DNA from: Candidatus Iainarchaeum sp.
GTDB taxonomy: Archaea > Nanobdellota > Nanobdellia > Pacearchaeales > GW2011-AR1
DNA length: 57,704 nucleotides
Direction: 5' to 3'
Assembly (NCBI GenBank): GCA_043815085.1
Contig: JBDRJG010000022.1
Span: forward strand, 1-57,704
The notes under the pieces were generated by a model. The model had not been told where the DNA came from and ran no database searches. It saw only the letters and a list, made by a program, of their open reading frames with translations. Numbering within the stretch: the first letter of the stretch is position 1; the number at the start of each line of letters is the position of its first letter. The translations under genes were made by a program, and so were the position numbers. This document shows positions 1 through 9,948 of the stretch, in pieces.

Positions 1-123
1 TTTCATTATCCTATTCCTGAAGAAGTAGATAAAAGCAATGTTTGTGTTAGTGGTCAGTGTGTTAGTGAAGGATTAATGCAGAAGATTTTAAATTGGTTTA
101 AGAATATTTTTGGTGGAGAATAA
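1..123 (+). CDS. 3' end of an ORF that starts upstream of the window (last 40 codons, ...VCVSGQCVSEGLMQKILNWFKNIFGGE)
   Basis: Frame 1 is open from the window edge to TAA at 121-123. No recognisable domain. Confidence 0.3.
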   Translation, partial: FHYPIPEEVDKSNVCVSGQCVSEGLMQKILNWFKNIFGGE

Positions 124-150
124 GTTGAATTCTTTTTTTAGGAACAAATA

Positions 151-160
151 ATTTAAATAA
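151..160 (+). promoter_or_regulatory. TATA-like box (ATTTAAATAA) for the M16 peptidase gene
   Basis: A/T box ends 21 nt upstream of ATG 182, the same spacing seen at other genes in this window. Confidence 0.35.
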
Positions 161-181
161 GCAATCTGCTTTTTTATCCTT

Positions 182-1387
182 ATGAAAGAAAATTTTTACA
201 GGAAAGTTTTGAAAAATGGAATGACTGTTATTCTTGAAAAGAGGAATCTTCCTGTTGTAAGTGTTGTTTTTGCAGTTAGAAGTGGGGGAGTTAATGAGAG
301 AGAAGAGGAAAAAGGGATTTCTCATTTTATTGAGCATATGCTATACAAAGGGACCCCTTCAAGAAGCGCAAAGAAAATCGCAAATGAAATTGAAAAAAAT
401 GGGGGCGAATTGAATGCTTTTACCTCTGAAGAACTTACTGCATATTGGTGTAAAATCCCCTCTAAACATTTGAATCTTGCTTTAAATGTTTTAAGCGATA
501 CAGTAAAAAACCCCTTATTGGATGAAAAGAAACTGGAGAAAGAACGGCTAGTTATTTTTGAAGAGATTAAAATGTATCATGATAGCCCAAGAATGTATGT
601 TCTTAATGAAATTCAAAAATCTCTTTATGATGGAACCATGAAAATAAATCTTGTTGGAACATTTGAAACAATGAAATCCATCAATAGAAAAAATATGATA
701 GAGAAGTTTAAGCAGGTTTATACCCCAAACAATATGATTTTGTGTGTAGTTGGAAATGCAGATTTCGATTTTCTTGTAAAATTTGCAGAGACAACCTTTG
801 ATAATCGAAAAGGAAAAATTCCAACTATTAAATTTAATTTAAAGAACAAATCCAAGATTGAATATAGGGAGGGGATTGACCAAGCAAATCTGATTTTTGC
901 ATATCATATTCCTTTGGCTAACGATCCCCTATGTTATGCTGCATTTGCATTAAATTCTTTGATGGCTGTAGGATTATCTTCCAGACTCTTCGCAGAGATA
1001 AGAGAGAAAAGAAATTTAGCGTATGCAATTGGGGGGGAATCAAACATAAATAAGACATTCGCTTATAATCTAATATATGTTGGAACTATGAAAAAGAATG
1101 TGGGAAAAGTTAAAACTCTTATTTTAAAGGAATTTGAGAAAGTTGCAAAAGAATTGAACGAAAAAGAATTAAATCAAACTAAGGAGCAATTGATTGGCAA
1201 TTATCATATTTCTATGGAAGATTCCCAGATTCAGATGGTTAATCTTCTTGTAAGTGAAATTCAAGGAAATGCAGAGAAATTTTATGATTTTGAAGAAAAA
1301 ATATCTAAGGTGGAATTAGAAGATGTAAAAAAACTTGCTCAAAAAATTAAAAAAAATTATAGTTTTTTTGCATTGGTGCCCAAATAA
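182..1387 (+). CDS. M16 (pitrilysin/insulinase) family zinc peptidase
   Basis: 401-aa ORF with the inverted zinc motif HFIEH (HxxEH) near the N-terminus. Length and layout are typical of M16. Confidence 0.85.
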   Translation: MKENFYRKVLKNGMTVILEKRNLPVVSVVFAVRSGGVNEREEEKGISHFIEHMLYKGTPSRSAKKIANEIEKNGGELNAFTSEELTAYWCKIPSKHLNLALNVLSDTVKNPLLDEKKLEKERLVIFEEIKMYHDSPRMYVLNEIQKSLYDGTMKINLVGTFETMKSINRKNMIEKFKQVYTPNNMILCVVGNADFDFLVKFAETTFDNRKGKIPTIKFNLKNKSKIEYREGIDQANLIFAYHIPLANDPLCYAAFALNSLMAVGLSSRLFAEIREKRNLAYAIGGESNINKTFAYNLIYVGTMKKNVGKVKTLILKEFEKVAKELNEKELNQTKEQLIGNYHISMEDSQIQMVNLLVSEIQGNAEKFYDFEEKISKVELEDVKKLAQKIKKNYSFFALVPK

Positions 1388-1421
1388 ATAATCTTAAAAA
1401 CTTCAGTATTTCTTTAAAATT

Positions 1422-2222
1422 ATGTTTATAGTAAAAGTCCCGGGAATAAATGGGTTGGGAAAAACCCTTGGATGTGAGAAAGCAGGAAATGAAATTTTAA
1501 GCTCTCTTAAAGAAGTATATTCCAATGAATCTGGAAATCCCTTAAATGTTAATAATTTAGATATAGAAGAAATTCATTTGGATAATGGAAATTTGGGGTT
1601 AACAAATAGCATCATTTATAAAAATTCATTTGAAATTTATGAAACTAAACCCAAAGTTATTTTTTTGGGGGGAGATCATTCAATTAGCTATTCCACCACG
1701 CGTGCTTTTTTGGATTATTGTGAAAATTCAGGAAAGAAGCCCTGCCTTATTGTATTTGATGCTCATCCAGATTGTATGAAGCCTATGAAAGAACCAACTC
1801 ATGAAGAATGGCTTAGAAAATTAATTGAAGATGGATTTCCTCCAGAGAGCATACTTCTCGTTGGAATCAGGAATTCAGATATGAAAGAAGTTGAATTCCT
1901 GAAAGAGAATAATATTCGAGCAATTAACATGAATTCACTTTTATTAGATATAGAAGATAACTGCGACACAATAATGGAATTTTCAAATGGAAAAGAACTT
2001 TATGTTTCTATAGATATTGATGTAATTGACCCTGCTTTTGCAATGGGGACAGGGTATAAAGAGCCCGGAGGTTTAACTTCCAGGGAATTTATTTATTTAA
2101 TTCAAAGAATAAATAAAATAAAAAATCTAAGGGCCTTTGACATCGTTGAGATAAATCCAAAAAAAGATGTGGATAATTTAACAGTTCGGCTTGGAGCAAA
2201 GATCCTTTCCGAAATAATTTAA
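1422..2222 (+). CDS. speB: Ureohydrolase family protein (agmatinase/arginase-like)
   Basis: 266-aa ORF with Mn-binding motifs GGDHSISY, DAHPD, SIDIDVIDP and EPGGLT. Confidence 0.8.
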   Translation: MFIVKVPGINGLGKTLGCEKAGNEILSSLKEVYSNESGNPLNVNNLDIEEIHLDNGNLGLTNSIIYKNSFEIYETKPKVIFLGGDHSISYSTTRAFLDYCENSGKKPCLIVFDAHPDCMKPMKEPTHEEWLRKLIEDGFPPESILLVGIRNSDMKEVEFLKENNIRAINMNSLLLDIEDNCDTIMEFSNGKELYVSIDIDVIDPAFAMGTGYKEPGGLTSREFIYLIQRINKIKNLRAFDIVEINPKKDVDNLTVRLGAKILSEII

Positions 2223-2223
2223 A

Positions 2224-2748
2224 ATGAGAATATTTATTTCCATAAAATTTCTTCCCAAGACTCTGATACAGATAAAAAGCATACAGGAAAATTTGCCGGA
2301 ATTTTCAGGAAAGAAGACCGAGATTAAAAATTTACATTTGACTTTAAAATTTTTAGGAAAAGCTTCTTTTGAGGATATAGAAAGAATAAAATTAAAATTA
2401 AGGAAAATTAAATTTAATAAATTTGAAGCAGAAATTAAAGAGATTGGTTTTTTTGATAAGCAAGAAGGGAGAGGGATTCTTTGGCTGGGGGTAACTAATT
2501 GTGAAAGTTTTCAGAAAGAGATAGATAATTCTCTAGAAGGATTATATAAGAGAGAACAAAGGTTTATGGGGCATTTGACAATTGCCAGAGCAAAGAAAAT
2601 TTCAAACAAGAAGAAATTTATTGGGGATTTGAAAAAAATAAAAATTCCAAAGAGGTTTTTTATTGTGGATAAATTTTATTTAATGGAATCTGAGTTAAGA
2701 AAAGAGGGTCCAGAGTACAAAGTTTTAGAAGAATACTTTTTGAATTAG
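2224..2748 (+). CDS. thpR: 2H phosphoesterase (RNA 2',3'-cyclic phosphodiesterase / 2'-5' RNA ligase LigT-like)
   Basis: 174-aa ORF with two H-x-T-x motifs (HLTLKF and HLTIAR). It starts 2 nt after the preceding stop. Confidence 0.75.
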   Translation: MRIFISIKFLPKTLIQIKSIQENLPEFSGKKTEIKNLHLTLKFLGKASFEDIERIKLKLRKIKFNKFEAEIKEIGFFDKQEGRGILWLGVTNCESFQKEIDNSLEGLYKREQRFMGHLTIARAKKISNKKKFIGDLKKIKIPKRFFIVDKFYLMESELRKEGPEYKVLEEYFLN

Positions 2749-2750
2749 TT

Positions 2751-3449
2751 TTAATACTTTCTTTCTATTATCTCCCTTATACTCTCTGCGCGCACACCCA
2801 AAATATCTTTTAGGTCTTCTGTTGAAGCAAGAATTATATTTTGTATGTTTCCAAATTTTTCCAGCAATTTCTTTGCTTTTTTGGGTCCAACTCCCGGAAA
2901 GCTTTCAATTATAAATTGTAGTTGCTCTTTCTTGTTCAGTGTTTTCTTTTTTGCATTTAAATTAATTTCTTTTTCTTTCTTTTTTGAGAGGATATTTATA
3001 AATTCGGCAGTGTCTTCTGAACTTTTTGTGAATAGTATTGGTATTTTGTGTTTGAGAAGAATTGAAAGAAGAAAACCTTTTATCGCATTTGCGTTAATTC
3101 CTCCCCCATCTTCGCTGTAAAGTTCTCTTTCTGAAAATCCTTCAATTATTAATAATTTATTCTGAAACTGCTTTAATTCTTCAATTTGTTTTATTAATCT
3201 GTGATTAATCATGGAACTTAAAAAGTCTTGAATTGTTTTTCTCTCTATAATAATATCTTTAACAATATAATCCCCTATCTTTAATTTTTTGAATTCTACA
3301 TTAAAACCTTGCTTAACGAGATGAGAAGCAACAAGGGAATTCTTTTCTCTGTAATCTATAATAATTCTCTCTTTTGGTTTCTCTTTTTTTAAATTTGGTC
3401 TCTTCCTTGAAAAGATATCTAATAGCCGGGAAGATCTTATTGTTTTCAT
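2751..3449 (-). CDS. XPF/Hef-type ERCC4 nuclease with C-terminal (HhH)2
   Basis: 232-aa ORF with the ERCC4 signature GDY...ERKTIQDF (GDxnERKxxxD), followed by helix-hairpin-helix FPGVGPKKAKKLLEKFG. Confidence 0.8.
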   Translation of the reverse strand: MKTIRSSRLLDIFSRKRPNLKKEKPKERIIIDYREKNSLVASHLVKQGFNVEFKKLKIGDYIVKDIIIERKTIQDFLSSMINHRLIKQIEELKQFQNKLLIIEGFSERELYSEDGGGINANAIKGFLLSILLKHKIPILFTKSSEDTAEFINILSKKKEKEINLNAKKKTLNKKEQLQFIIESFPGVGPKKAKKLLEKFGNIQNIILASTEDLKDILGVRAESIREIIERKY

Positions 3450-3476
3450 TATAAAAGTAAAGTAAGAAGTAAATAT

Positions 3477-3484
3477 TTATAAAT
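3477..3484 (+). promoter_or_regulatory. TATA box TTTATAAA
   Basis: Ends 20 nt upstream of ATG 3505. Confidence 0.45.
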
Positions 3485-3504
3485 TTGTTTTTAGTAAAAG
3501 TAAT

Positions 3505-4005
3505 ATGGAAAAGTTACATAAGGGGGCAAAATGGTTGTTTAGACTTCAGAGTTATGTTGTTTTTCTTGCAATCTTTTTATTTGGTTTATTTACCTTTATA
3601 ATTAATCTCGCTGAAAAAGGCTTGTCTTTTAAGCCCTTCTTGCTTTTTCTTGCAATCTTTTTATGTTTTATTATTTTGGCGGAGATTTTTGTTCATTGGG
3701 CATATAGAAACTGGAAGTATGAATTTACTCAACATTCTCTTAAAATAGAAAAGGGAGTTATTATAAAAAAGTACAAATCCATTCCTTACGAGAGGATTCA
3801 AAACGTAGATATTACGAGGGGGATAATAGCAAGAATGATTGGATTTTCAACAATTGATATTCAGACTGCAGGTTATTCTGCTTATAGCTCTTATGGTGGA
3901 AAGGGCCATTCAGAAGGGCATATTCCAGCTGTTTCAATTGAACATGCCGAAAAAATAAGAGAATTTTTAATTAAGAGAATTTCTCACAATAAGCAGGGAT
4001 TGTAA
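3505..4005 (+). CDS. Membrane protein with bacterial-type PH domain (YdbS/YdbT-like, bPH_2)
   Basis: 166-aa ORF with two N-terminal TM helices, then IPYERIQNVDITRGIIARMIGFSTIDIQTAG, which is typical of bPH_2. Confidence 0.6.
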   Translation: MEKLHKGAKWLFRLQSYVVFLAIFLFGLFTFIINLAEKGLSFKPFLLFLAIFLCFIILAEIFVHWAYRNWKYEFTQHSLKIEKGVIIKKYKSIPYERIQNVDITRGIIARMIGFSTIDIQTAGYSAYSSYGGKGHSEGHIPAVSIEHAEKIREFLIKRISHNKQGL

Positions 4006-4012
4006 TCAATTT

Positions 4013-5560
4013 TCATTCCAAATTCCTCTGCATTTCAATTTTATTTCCGTTTGCAAAATCATTTTTTATACTTTCTATTGCAATCTTCATTTCTCTCTCT
4101 CTTCTCTTTGAAACATAAAAGAAAGATTCATCACGAGTCTTTTTTGTTATTAGCATAATTAATTTACCTTTCATTAATCGAGCAGTTCTTCCTGTTCTCT
4201 GAATTGTACGTATTGCAGAGGGGATTGGCTCATAGAATACAACAAGGTTTACTTCTGGAATATCAAGTCCTTCTTCTGCTATACAAGTCGCGCATAATAT
4301 GTTTATCTTTCCTTCTGAAAATTCTTCAATTATCTTTTTTTGCTGTTTCTGATTCAATCCTTCACCTTCTTTTTTTGCTTGCCCTATGAATACTTTTGCC
4401 TTTATTCCTTTTATTTCATTTATTTTCTTTGATATGTTGGAAGCCGTCTCTCTAAATTGGGTGAAAACAATTATTTTTATATTTTGATTTTCCATTTTTT
4501 CCTTTTCAATCAAATCCATTAGTTTCTGCAATTTTGGATGTTCTTTTTTCTTTGATAATAATTCATTTGAGCGCATAAAAACAAAATTAAATTCTGGTTT
4601 TGAGACGAGTTTAACAACACCCTTGCTTTGTTTTTTTGAGGCTTGTTCAAATAAAGATTTTAAATATTTATTAAAACCCTCCAGAGTTTGGGTTTCTAAA
4701 AGTTCTAGGGCGTGTTGAAGTTTTATTGCTTGAGCACATGCACTTGCCCCCAACATATAATTAAAATTTCCTGAATTTCTCAGTAATAGTCCAGAAATTT
4801 TCTTTTGTAGATTAATTAATTCTGTTTTTGAAGCAGGTCCAAATAATATTCTTCTCGTTTTTAATTCATCTACATAATTTTGGAATATTTTTAATAAAAT
4901 TTGTCTAATCTCCTCGAATTCAGGAGGAAAATCAACCATTATCTTTTCGAATTCTAATTCTTGCAAATATCCCTTTACATCCGGACTTTCTCTAGTTCTC
5001 AACTCTACTTCTTCTATAAAAAGATTTTTACATATTTCTTTTATTTTTGATTTTTCACTTCCTGGAGAGGCAGTGAGGCCAATTATTCTTGGATGCAATG
5101 CTTGCTTTTGATATTCTTGTGCAATGTAATTATAATCGTAATTTTTTATACATCTGTGCGCTTCGTCTTCAATTAAAAGACAAACTTCTTTCAAGTCATA
5201 TAATCTTTTTCCTATGTCATTCGCAATACACTGGGGTGTTGAAAAAATTATATCTGCTGTTTGCCATATTTTTTCTCTATTTTCTGCATTTACGTTTCCT
5301 GTAAAAAGTTGCAAATCCCCAAACAATTCTGGAAGATTTTTTTTAAAGTAATTTAGATGTTGTTCCGCAAGAGGTTTTGTAGGTGCAAGAAAAAGAACTT
5401 TTTTTCCGGGAAATTTTTTCATTCTTTCTATTGTCAACATAAGAGCAATGAGTGTTTTTCCTAATCCTGTTGGAAGAACAACTAAACAGTTTTTTTCTTT
5501 ACACATTTCAAAGATTTTCTGCTGATACTCTCTTGGTTCTATATTGTTTAGAAATTCCAT
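4013..5560 (-). CDS. hef: Hef/FANCM/Mph1-like SF2 helicase (helicase half of Hef)
   Basis: 515-aa ORF with motif I LPTGLGKT, motif II DEAH and motif VI QRTGRTAR. Confidence 0.8.
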   Translation of the reverse strand: MEFLNNIEPREYQQKIFEMCKEKNCLVVLPTGLGKTLIALMLTIERMKKFPGKKVLFLAPTKPLAEQHLNYFKKNLPELFGDLQLFTGNVNAENREKIWQTADIIFSTPQCIANDIGKRLYDLKEVCLLIEDEAHRCIKNYDYNYIAQEYQKQALHPRIIGLTASPGSEKSKIKEICKNLFIEEVELRTRESPDVKGYLQELEFEKIMVDFPPEFEEIRQILLKIFQNYVDELKTRRILFGPASKTELINLQKKISGLLLRNSGNFNYMLGASACAQAIKLQHALELLETQTLEGFNKYLKSLFEQASKKQSKGVVKLVSKPEFNFVFMRSNELLSKKKEHPKLQKLMDLIEKEKMENQNIKIIVFTQFRETASNISKKINEIKGIKAKVFIGQAKKEGEGLNQKQQKKIIEEFSEGKINILCATCIAEEGLDIPEVNLVVFYEPIPSAIRTIQRTGRTARLMKGKLIMLITKKTRDESFFYVSKRREREMKIAIESIKNDFANGNKIEMQRNLE

Positions 5561-5583
5561 AGAATGTTCTAAATCCCACTACT

Positions 5584-5591
5584 TTTATAAA
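5584..5591 (+). promoter_or_regulatory. TATA box TTTATAAA
   Basis: Ends 21 nt upstream of ATG 5613, which supports 5613 rather than 5544 as the start. Confidence 0.45.
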
Positions 5592-5612
5592 TTCTTGTTG
5601 TTTGGTTTAGTC

Positions 5613-8600
5613 ATGAAAAGGGGTTTTGGGATTTTTGTTTTTTTAGGTTTAATATTAATTTTATCTTTAACATTTGTTTCTGCTGGATTATTTAGTGATA
5701 TTTGGAATAAGATAACAGGAAAAGCAACTGATGTTGTTTTAAAAGAAAATGGGGCAATTTGCTCTTCAGATTCTGAATGTAAAAGTGGAGCTTGTGATTA
5801 TGATATTTTTACTGATAATTATGTTGAAGGCAGAATTAATACTGGCTCTTCTGCTAAGTATTGTCATTCAAATGTTTCTAAATGTCTTTTTTATGCTGGA
5901 ACCCTGGAAGAAAACGATGTTGGTTGCACTCGTTGTGCTGGTTGGGTTAATAATGGGACATGGGTTAGTTTTCTAGATACTTGTGCTGCCGGCTCTGAAT
6001 GGGGAAATTATGTTGATTGTACTGGAAGCACTCCTTATTGTGATTCTTCAAATGCAGATGATTTTTGCAGTTTTAATTGTGTTGAGTGTGGGGGTGATGG
6101 CCATTGTTCAGATTCAACTAAACCATATTGCGTTTATAATGAATGTTCAGCAGGAACATGTGTTCCTTCTTGTGTGGATAAACAATGCGGTGATGATGGT
6201 TGTGGAGGAAGTTGCGGAACTTGTTCAAGTGGATATACTTGTGATTTATCTGGAAAATGTAACCTCCTTGGTGCAAATGATTGTGTTTTTGAAAATCCAA
6301 AAGATTTAGCTGGAAATTTAATTTTAATTTCAAAATATTATTACGGAACTAATTATCTTCAGTATGCCGGGAAGTATTGTCAGGTTGCTAAGCATTGCGC
6401 TGGATTTGATTCTTCAAGTGTTGTTGTAAAGGACGATGCTGTTAAGGCATGTAGATGTGATAGTTGGTGGGGGTGCAAAGGAGGAACCTGCGTTGAGAAT
6501 GTTGCTTTAGATTCCCAATGGGAAAGAGTTGGCTCTGTAATATGTAAGGATTGTCCCGAGGGTGCTTGTGGAAGTGAATGTATTCCTAATTGTGTTGGAA
6601 AAGAATGTGGGGAGGATGGTTGTGAAGGGATTTGTGGAACCTGTTCTGCACCAAAGTCAAAATGTAACTCTGCCCATATTTGTGTAGCATGTTTGGCTAA
6701 CTCTGATTGTGGTAGTGGAAAAGCATGTGTAAATAATGCTTGTGTTGAAAATGAATCAGAAAACGGAGTTCTTGTTAATTCTATTTCAGAAAATGCAGAG
6801 GTTATTTTCTCTTTAGTTAATGGGGAAGAAAAATCACCTCCATTGAAACCAGGGGAATTTTACTTTTTTTCAAAAGAAGGAATTCTTGTTGACTATTCTC
6901 TTTTTAATTATTCCACTAATAAAGTGGATTTTAATGTTTTTAACCCATCTTTTGAACCCTTTGATAGAGGAGAATCTTTAAATAATCTTTTTGTCAAGGG
7001 ATTTTTTGGGTATGTTCCTTCTTTTTTCGATAGCGAGAGTTCTTTTTCAAATCCAGATATTGTTCGTCTTTGTTCTGGTTTTTCCCCACTTAGTGATGTT
7101 GAGTGGGCAGATTTTCCTTCTTCACTAGATTCAGAAATTTTTTATGTTTTGAATTTGCCAAATTGGCCTGATAGAACCCTTTCTGGATATGAGTTATTTT
7201 ATGATTTTTTCTTACCAAAGAACTTATTTGAATCAATATATCCTCAAACTCCTTATGTTTATATTGTTTCTGATGAATCTCCTTGGAGAGAAATTCCTTA
7301 TGAAAATGTTGAGAAGATTTATAATTTTTATGATCAGTATGATCCTCAAGCTACTACTTGGATTAATTTTGCATGGGCAGATAAACAAGGAGATTTGGAA
7401 AGATATAAACAAAATATTAAATTATATGGGGACAGGGCAGATGTAGTTAGTTTTGATTATTATCCTTCTTTTAATGGAGCAGGAGGAAGTTTTGATCAAA
7501 CTTATAGTGTTCTTGATCATTATGGGATTGATGCTATAGGAGATTTTGTGGAGATTTTTAAGGATGTTTTTGGAGAGAATAAGGAGATGTGGTTTATTTC
7601 TCAAGCTTATGGTGAAAAATCAAGGGATTATGAAATTCTGAAGAGAGATTTAAAGTTTATGCCTTATCAAGCAATTGTTCATGGCGTTGATGGGATAATA
7701 TTTTTTGGTCTTCATGTTAGAGGTTGGTATTCTTTAACTGCATTCCCAGAGATAGTGCATCCTATTATGAATGAATTAGAGTATTTAGAGGAGTATTTGA
7801 CGAGTTCTCCAACCAAGCAAGTTTTGGCACCTTTAGATAAAAATTTTAATTTAATAGATGGTTTTGATGGAATAGAATATTCTGTTTTTAGAAATGATGA
7901 AAAATTTGCAATTATTGCGGTAAATAGAAAAGACCAGAATGTAGAAAAAGTTTTTAATTCTGATAATTTAGGGGTGGAAATGTCAAAGATGAAAAATCTT
8001 TTTAGGTTTTATTACTCTCCTTCTTCAAATGATTCTTCTTTAGGTGGAACTAAAGTAATAAAAAATCAAGATTTTAATTCTGAAAGACTTGTTATTGACT
8101 TTTCTCCTTATGAAGTTTATATCCTAGAGGGAGAAATGGAAGAGAGCAAAATACTTTCTATCCCTGTTGGAGAGAATAAAAAAAATATGTTGAACTATGA
8201 TGATAAAGAAGTATTTTTGATTTCAGATAAGAGTTGGGAGGATGTTTTACCTTTGGTTCCTTTAACTACTTGGACGGGAAATGAAAATTGTAATGAAGGA
8301 TATGGAACTGCTGAAAATGTTTGTGTTTATCCTACTTTGATTTATCATGAGGAGGAAAGTGGATTTGATGTAGATTCTATAATTTATTTTATGCAACAAT
8401 ATAATGCAGAGAGGGTTACAATTATTGGAGAAACTCCTCAAGAATTAGATAATTTATTAATAACTCAACCAGAACTTGGAGCAGGAGTTAGTCAAAATAA
8501 TATAAAAAGAATAAGCCCCTCAAATTATATTAATTATTGGAGTTCATATCAGGATGTTGTTTATGTTCAAGATGATTATGAATTGGCTTTGTTAGCTTCA

Positions 8601-9947
8601 ACTTATGCGTCATTGATTGATGCCCCTTTAATAATAAAAGGAACAAGTTTGGATGTAGATGAAAATTTTGCAGGAAGAAATGTTATTTGTGTTGGTTATG
8701 ATTGGGAAATTTTTGGATTTCCAGATAGAAGAGGTACTGAATCAAGAAGAACAACTAATGGAACCACAACAACCTATTCTGGTTTAAATAGGAATTGTAA
8801 TGAAAAATACACTCTAGAACAATTGCAACAAAAATATGTTGGTGAGACAAACACAGATAAAATCATTTTAGTTAATCCTGATGATTTGGATATTAATGTC
8901 GATAATGGTTATAATTTTGGTTCTATTTATCCTGAAAAATCAATGTCTTTTATTTCTGATATTTATGGGAGAACCTCTTTGGTTGCACCTATTTTGGCTA
9001 GTGCAAAGCATGAGATAATTTTTAGTACGAAACAGCCCGTACCTTTTAATCCCCGCGATAGGCCCTCTACACTTACTATGCCCACCGAGTCCGAAATTGA
9101 GATTAGTCATATCTTTAATCTCATAGTGTCACGCATAAGCGCTCTTGGAATGAATGCAAAATATTTAACCATCATTGCTGCTCCAAATGCAATTGAAGAT
9201 AAAGTGTTTGTAGATGTATCTGTATATTCTTCCGATATCTATCTCTCATTAGATCAATACCTTTATACAACAGATGACCATCTTTATGTTGGAAGAATAA
9301 TGGGGCTTACTCCTTCAGATGTTTCAGGATATATCTCAAGAGATTTATTTTATAATTCTCTTCCAAATACCAATTTTGTGCTACTTATGGCAAGTAGTCG
9401 TAATATAGATGTAAATAATGCAATTTATTGGGCCCATGAATTTATTGATAGTGATTATCTTGTTGAAATTAAAACTTCATTAGATGTTGCTTATGGCTTT
9501 GATCCAGAATTATGGAAAAAACACATTTATCATTTGATATCTTATCAAGATCACGGGGGATCATCTTGGTTGGGCATTTCTTCTTGGAGGATACCCCAAT
9601 TAAATAGTGCTTTTGTGGTGGGAGATGCATGCTCTACTGTGTCTACATACGATTCTCTCTCCTTTTGGGCACACGTTATTAGGAAAGGGGGAATTGGATA
9701 TGTAGGAGCAATTGGTGTGGGTTTTACTACTACGGTTCCAATGTATAGAGATACTATTAATGGGATATATTATGATGATTATTCGATTGGACAAGCTTTG
9801 GGAGAGTCCTATCAAGATAATGTCTTTAATAATTTTGATATTTTTAATATGGACCTTTTAGACAAATATAAATTTATGACTACCTTAATTGGAGACCCGA
9901 CGTTGAATATTAATCCCCCATATAAATTAGATAATTTATTAAAATAA
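5613..9947 (+). CDS. Giant secreted multidomain protein: Cys-rich N-terminal repeats, central TIM-barrel-like segment, C-terminal clan CD (C25 gingipain-like) peptidase-like domain
   Basis: Signal peptide MKRGFGIFVFLGLILILSLTFVSA. Two copies of C-[VI]-P-x-C-x-x-K-x-C-G-[DE]-D-G-C-x-G-x-C-G-T-C at 6159-6230 and 6579-6650. Candidate catalytic dyad QDHGG (His codon 9552-9554) and GDACST (Cys codon 9630-9632). Confidence 0.7.
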   Translation: MKRGFGIFVFLGLILILSLTFVSAGLFSDIWNKITGKATDVVLKENGAICSSDSECKSGACDYDIFTDNYVEGRINTGSSAKYCHSNVSKCLFYAGTLEENDVGCTRCAGWVNNGTWVSFLDTCAAGSEWGNYVDCTGSTPYCDSSNADDFCSFNCVECGGDGHCSDSTKPYCVYNECSAGTCVPSCVDKQCGDDGCGGSCGTCSSGYTCDLSGKCNLLGANDCVFENPKDLAGNLILISKYYYGTNYLQYAGKYCQVAKHCAGFDSSSVVVKDDAVKACRCDSWWGCKGGTCVENVALDSQWERVGSVICKDCPEGACGSECIPNCVGKECGEDGCEGICGTCSAPKSKCNSAHICVACLANSDCGSGKACVNNACVENESENGVLVNSISENAEVIFSLVNGEEKSPPLKPGEFYFFSKEGILVDYSLFNYSTNKVDFNVFNPSFEPFDRGESLNNLFVKGFFGYVPSFFDSESSFSNPDIVRLCSGFSPLSDVEWADFPSSLDSEIFYVLNLPNWPDRTLSGYELFYDFFLPKNLFESIYPQTPYVYIVSDESPWREIPYENVEKIYNFYDQYDPQATTWINFAWADKQGDLERYKQNIKLYGDRADVVSFDYYPSFNGAGGSFDQTYSVLDHYGIDAIGDFVEIFKDVFGENKEMWFISQAYGEKSRDYEILKRDLKFMPYQAIVHGVDGIIFFGLHVRGWYSLTAFPEIVHPIMNELEYLEEYLTSSPTKQVLAPLDKNFNLIDGFDGIEYSVFRNDEKFAIIAVNRKDQNVEKVFNSDNLGVEMSKMKNLFRFYYSPSSNDSSLGGTKVIKNQDFNSERLVIDFSPYEVYILEGEMEESKILSIPVGENKKNMLNYDDKEVFLISDKSWEDVLPLVPLTTWTGNENCNEGYGTAENVCVYPTLIYHEEESGFDVDSIIYFMQQYNAERVTIIGETPQELDNLLITQPELGAGVSQNNIKRISPSNYINYWSSYQDVVYVQDDYELALLASTYASLIDAPLIIKGTSLDVDENFAGRNVICVGYDWEIFGFPDRRGTESRRTTNGTTTTYSGLNRNCNEKYTLEQLQQKYVGETNTDKIILVNPDDLDINVDNGYNFGSIYPEKSMSFISDIYGRTSLVAPILASAKHEIIFSTKQPVPFNPRDRPSTLTMPTESEIEISHIFNLIVSRISALGMNAKYLTIIAAPNAIEDKVFVDVSVYSSDIYLSLDQYLYTTDDHLYVGRIMGLTPSDVSGYISRDLFYNSLPNTNFVLLMASSRNIDVNNAIYWAHEFIDSDYLVEIKTSLDVAYGFDPELWKKHIYHLISYQDHGGSSWLGISSWRIPQLNSAFVVGDACSTVSTYDSLSFWAHVIRKGGIGYVGAIGVGFTTTVPMYRDTINGIYYDDYSIGQALGESYQDNVFNNFDIFNMDLLDKYKFMTTLIGDPTLNINPPYKLDNLLK

Positions 9948-9948
9948 A

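Noticed and set aside
5544-5612. An N-terminal 23-codon extension of the giant exoprotein that overlaps the Hef helicase start.
   Set aside because: The TATA box at 5584-5591 lies inside the extension, and a textbook signal peptide begins at the ATG at 5613.
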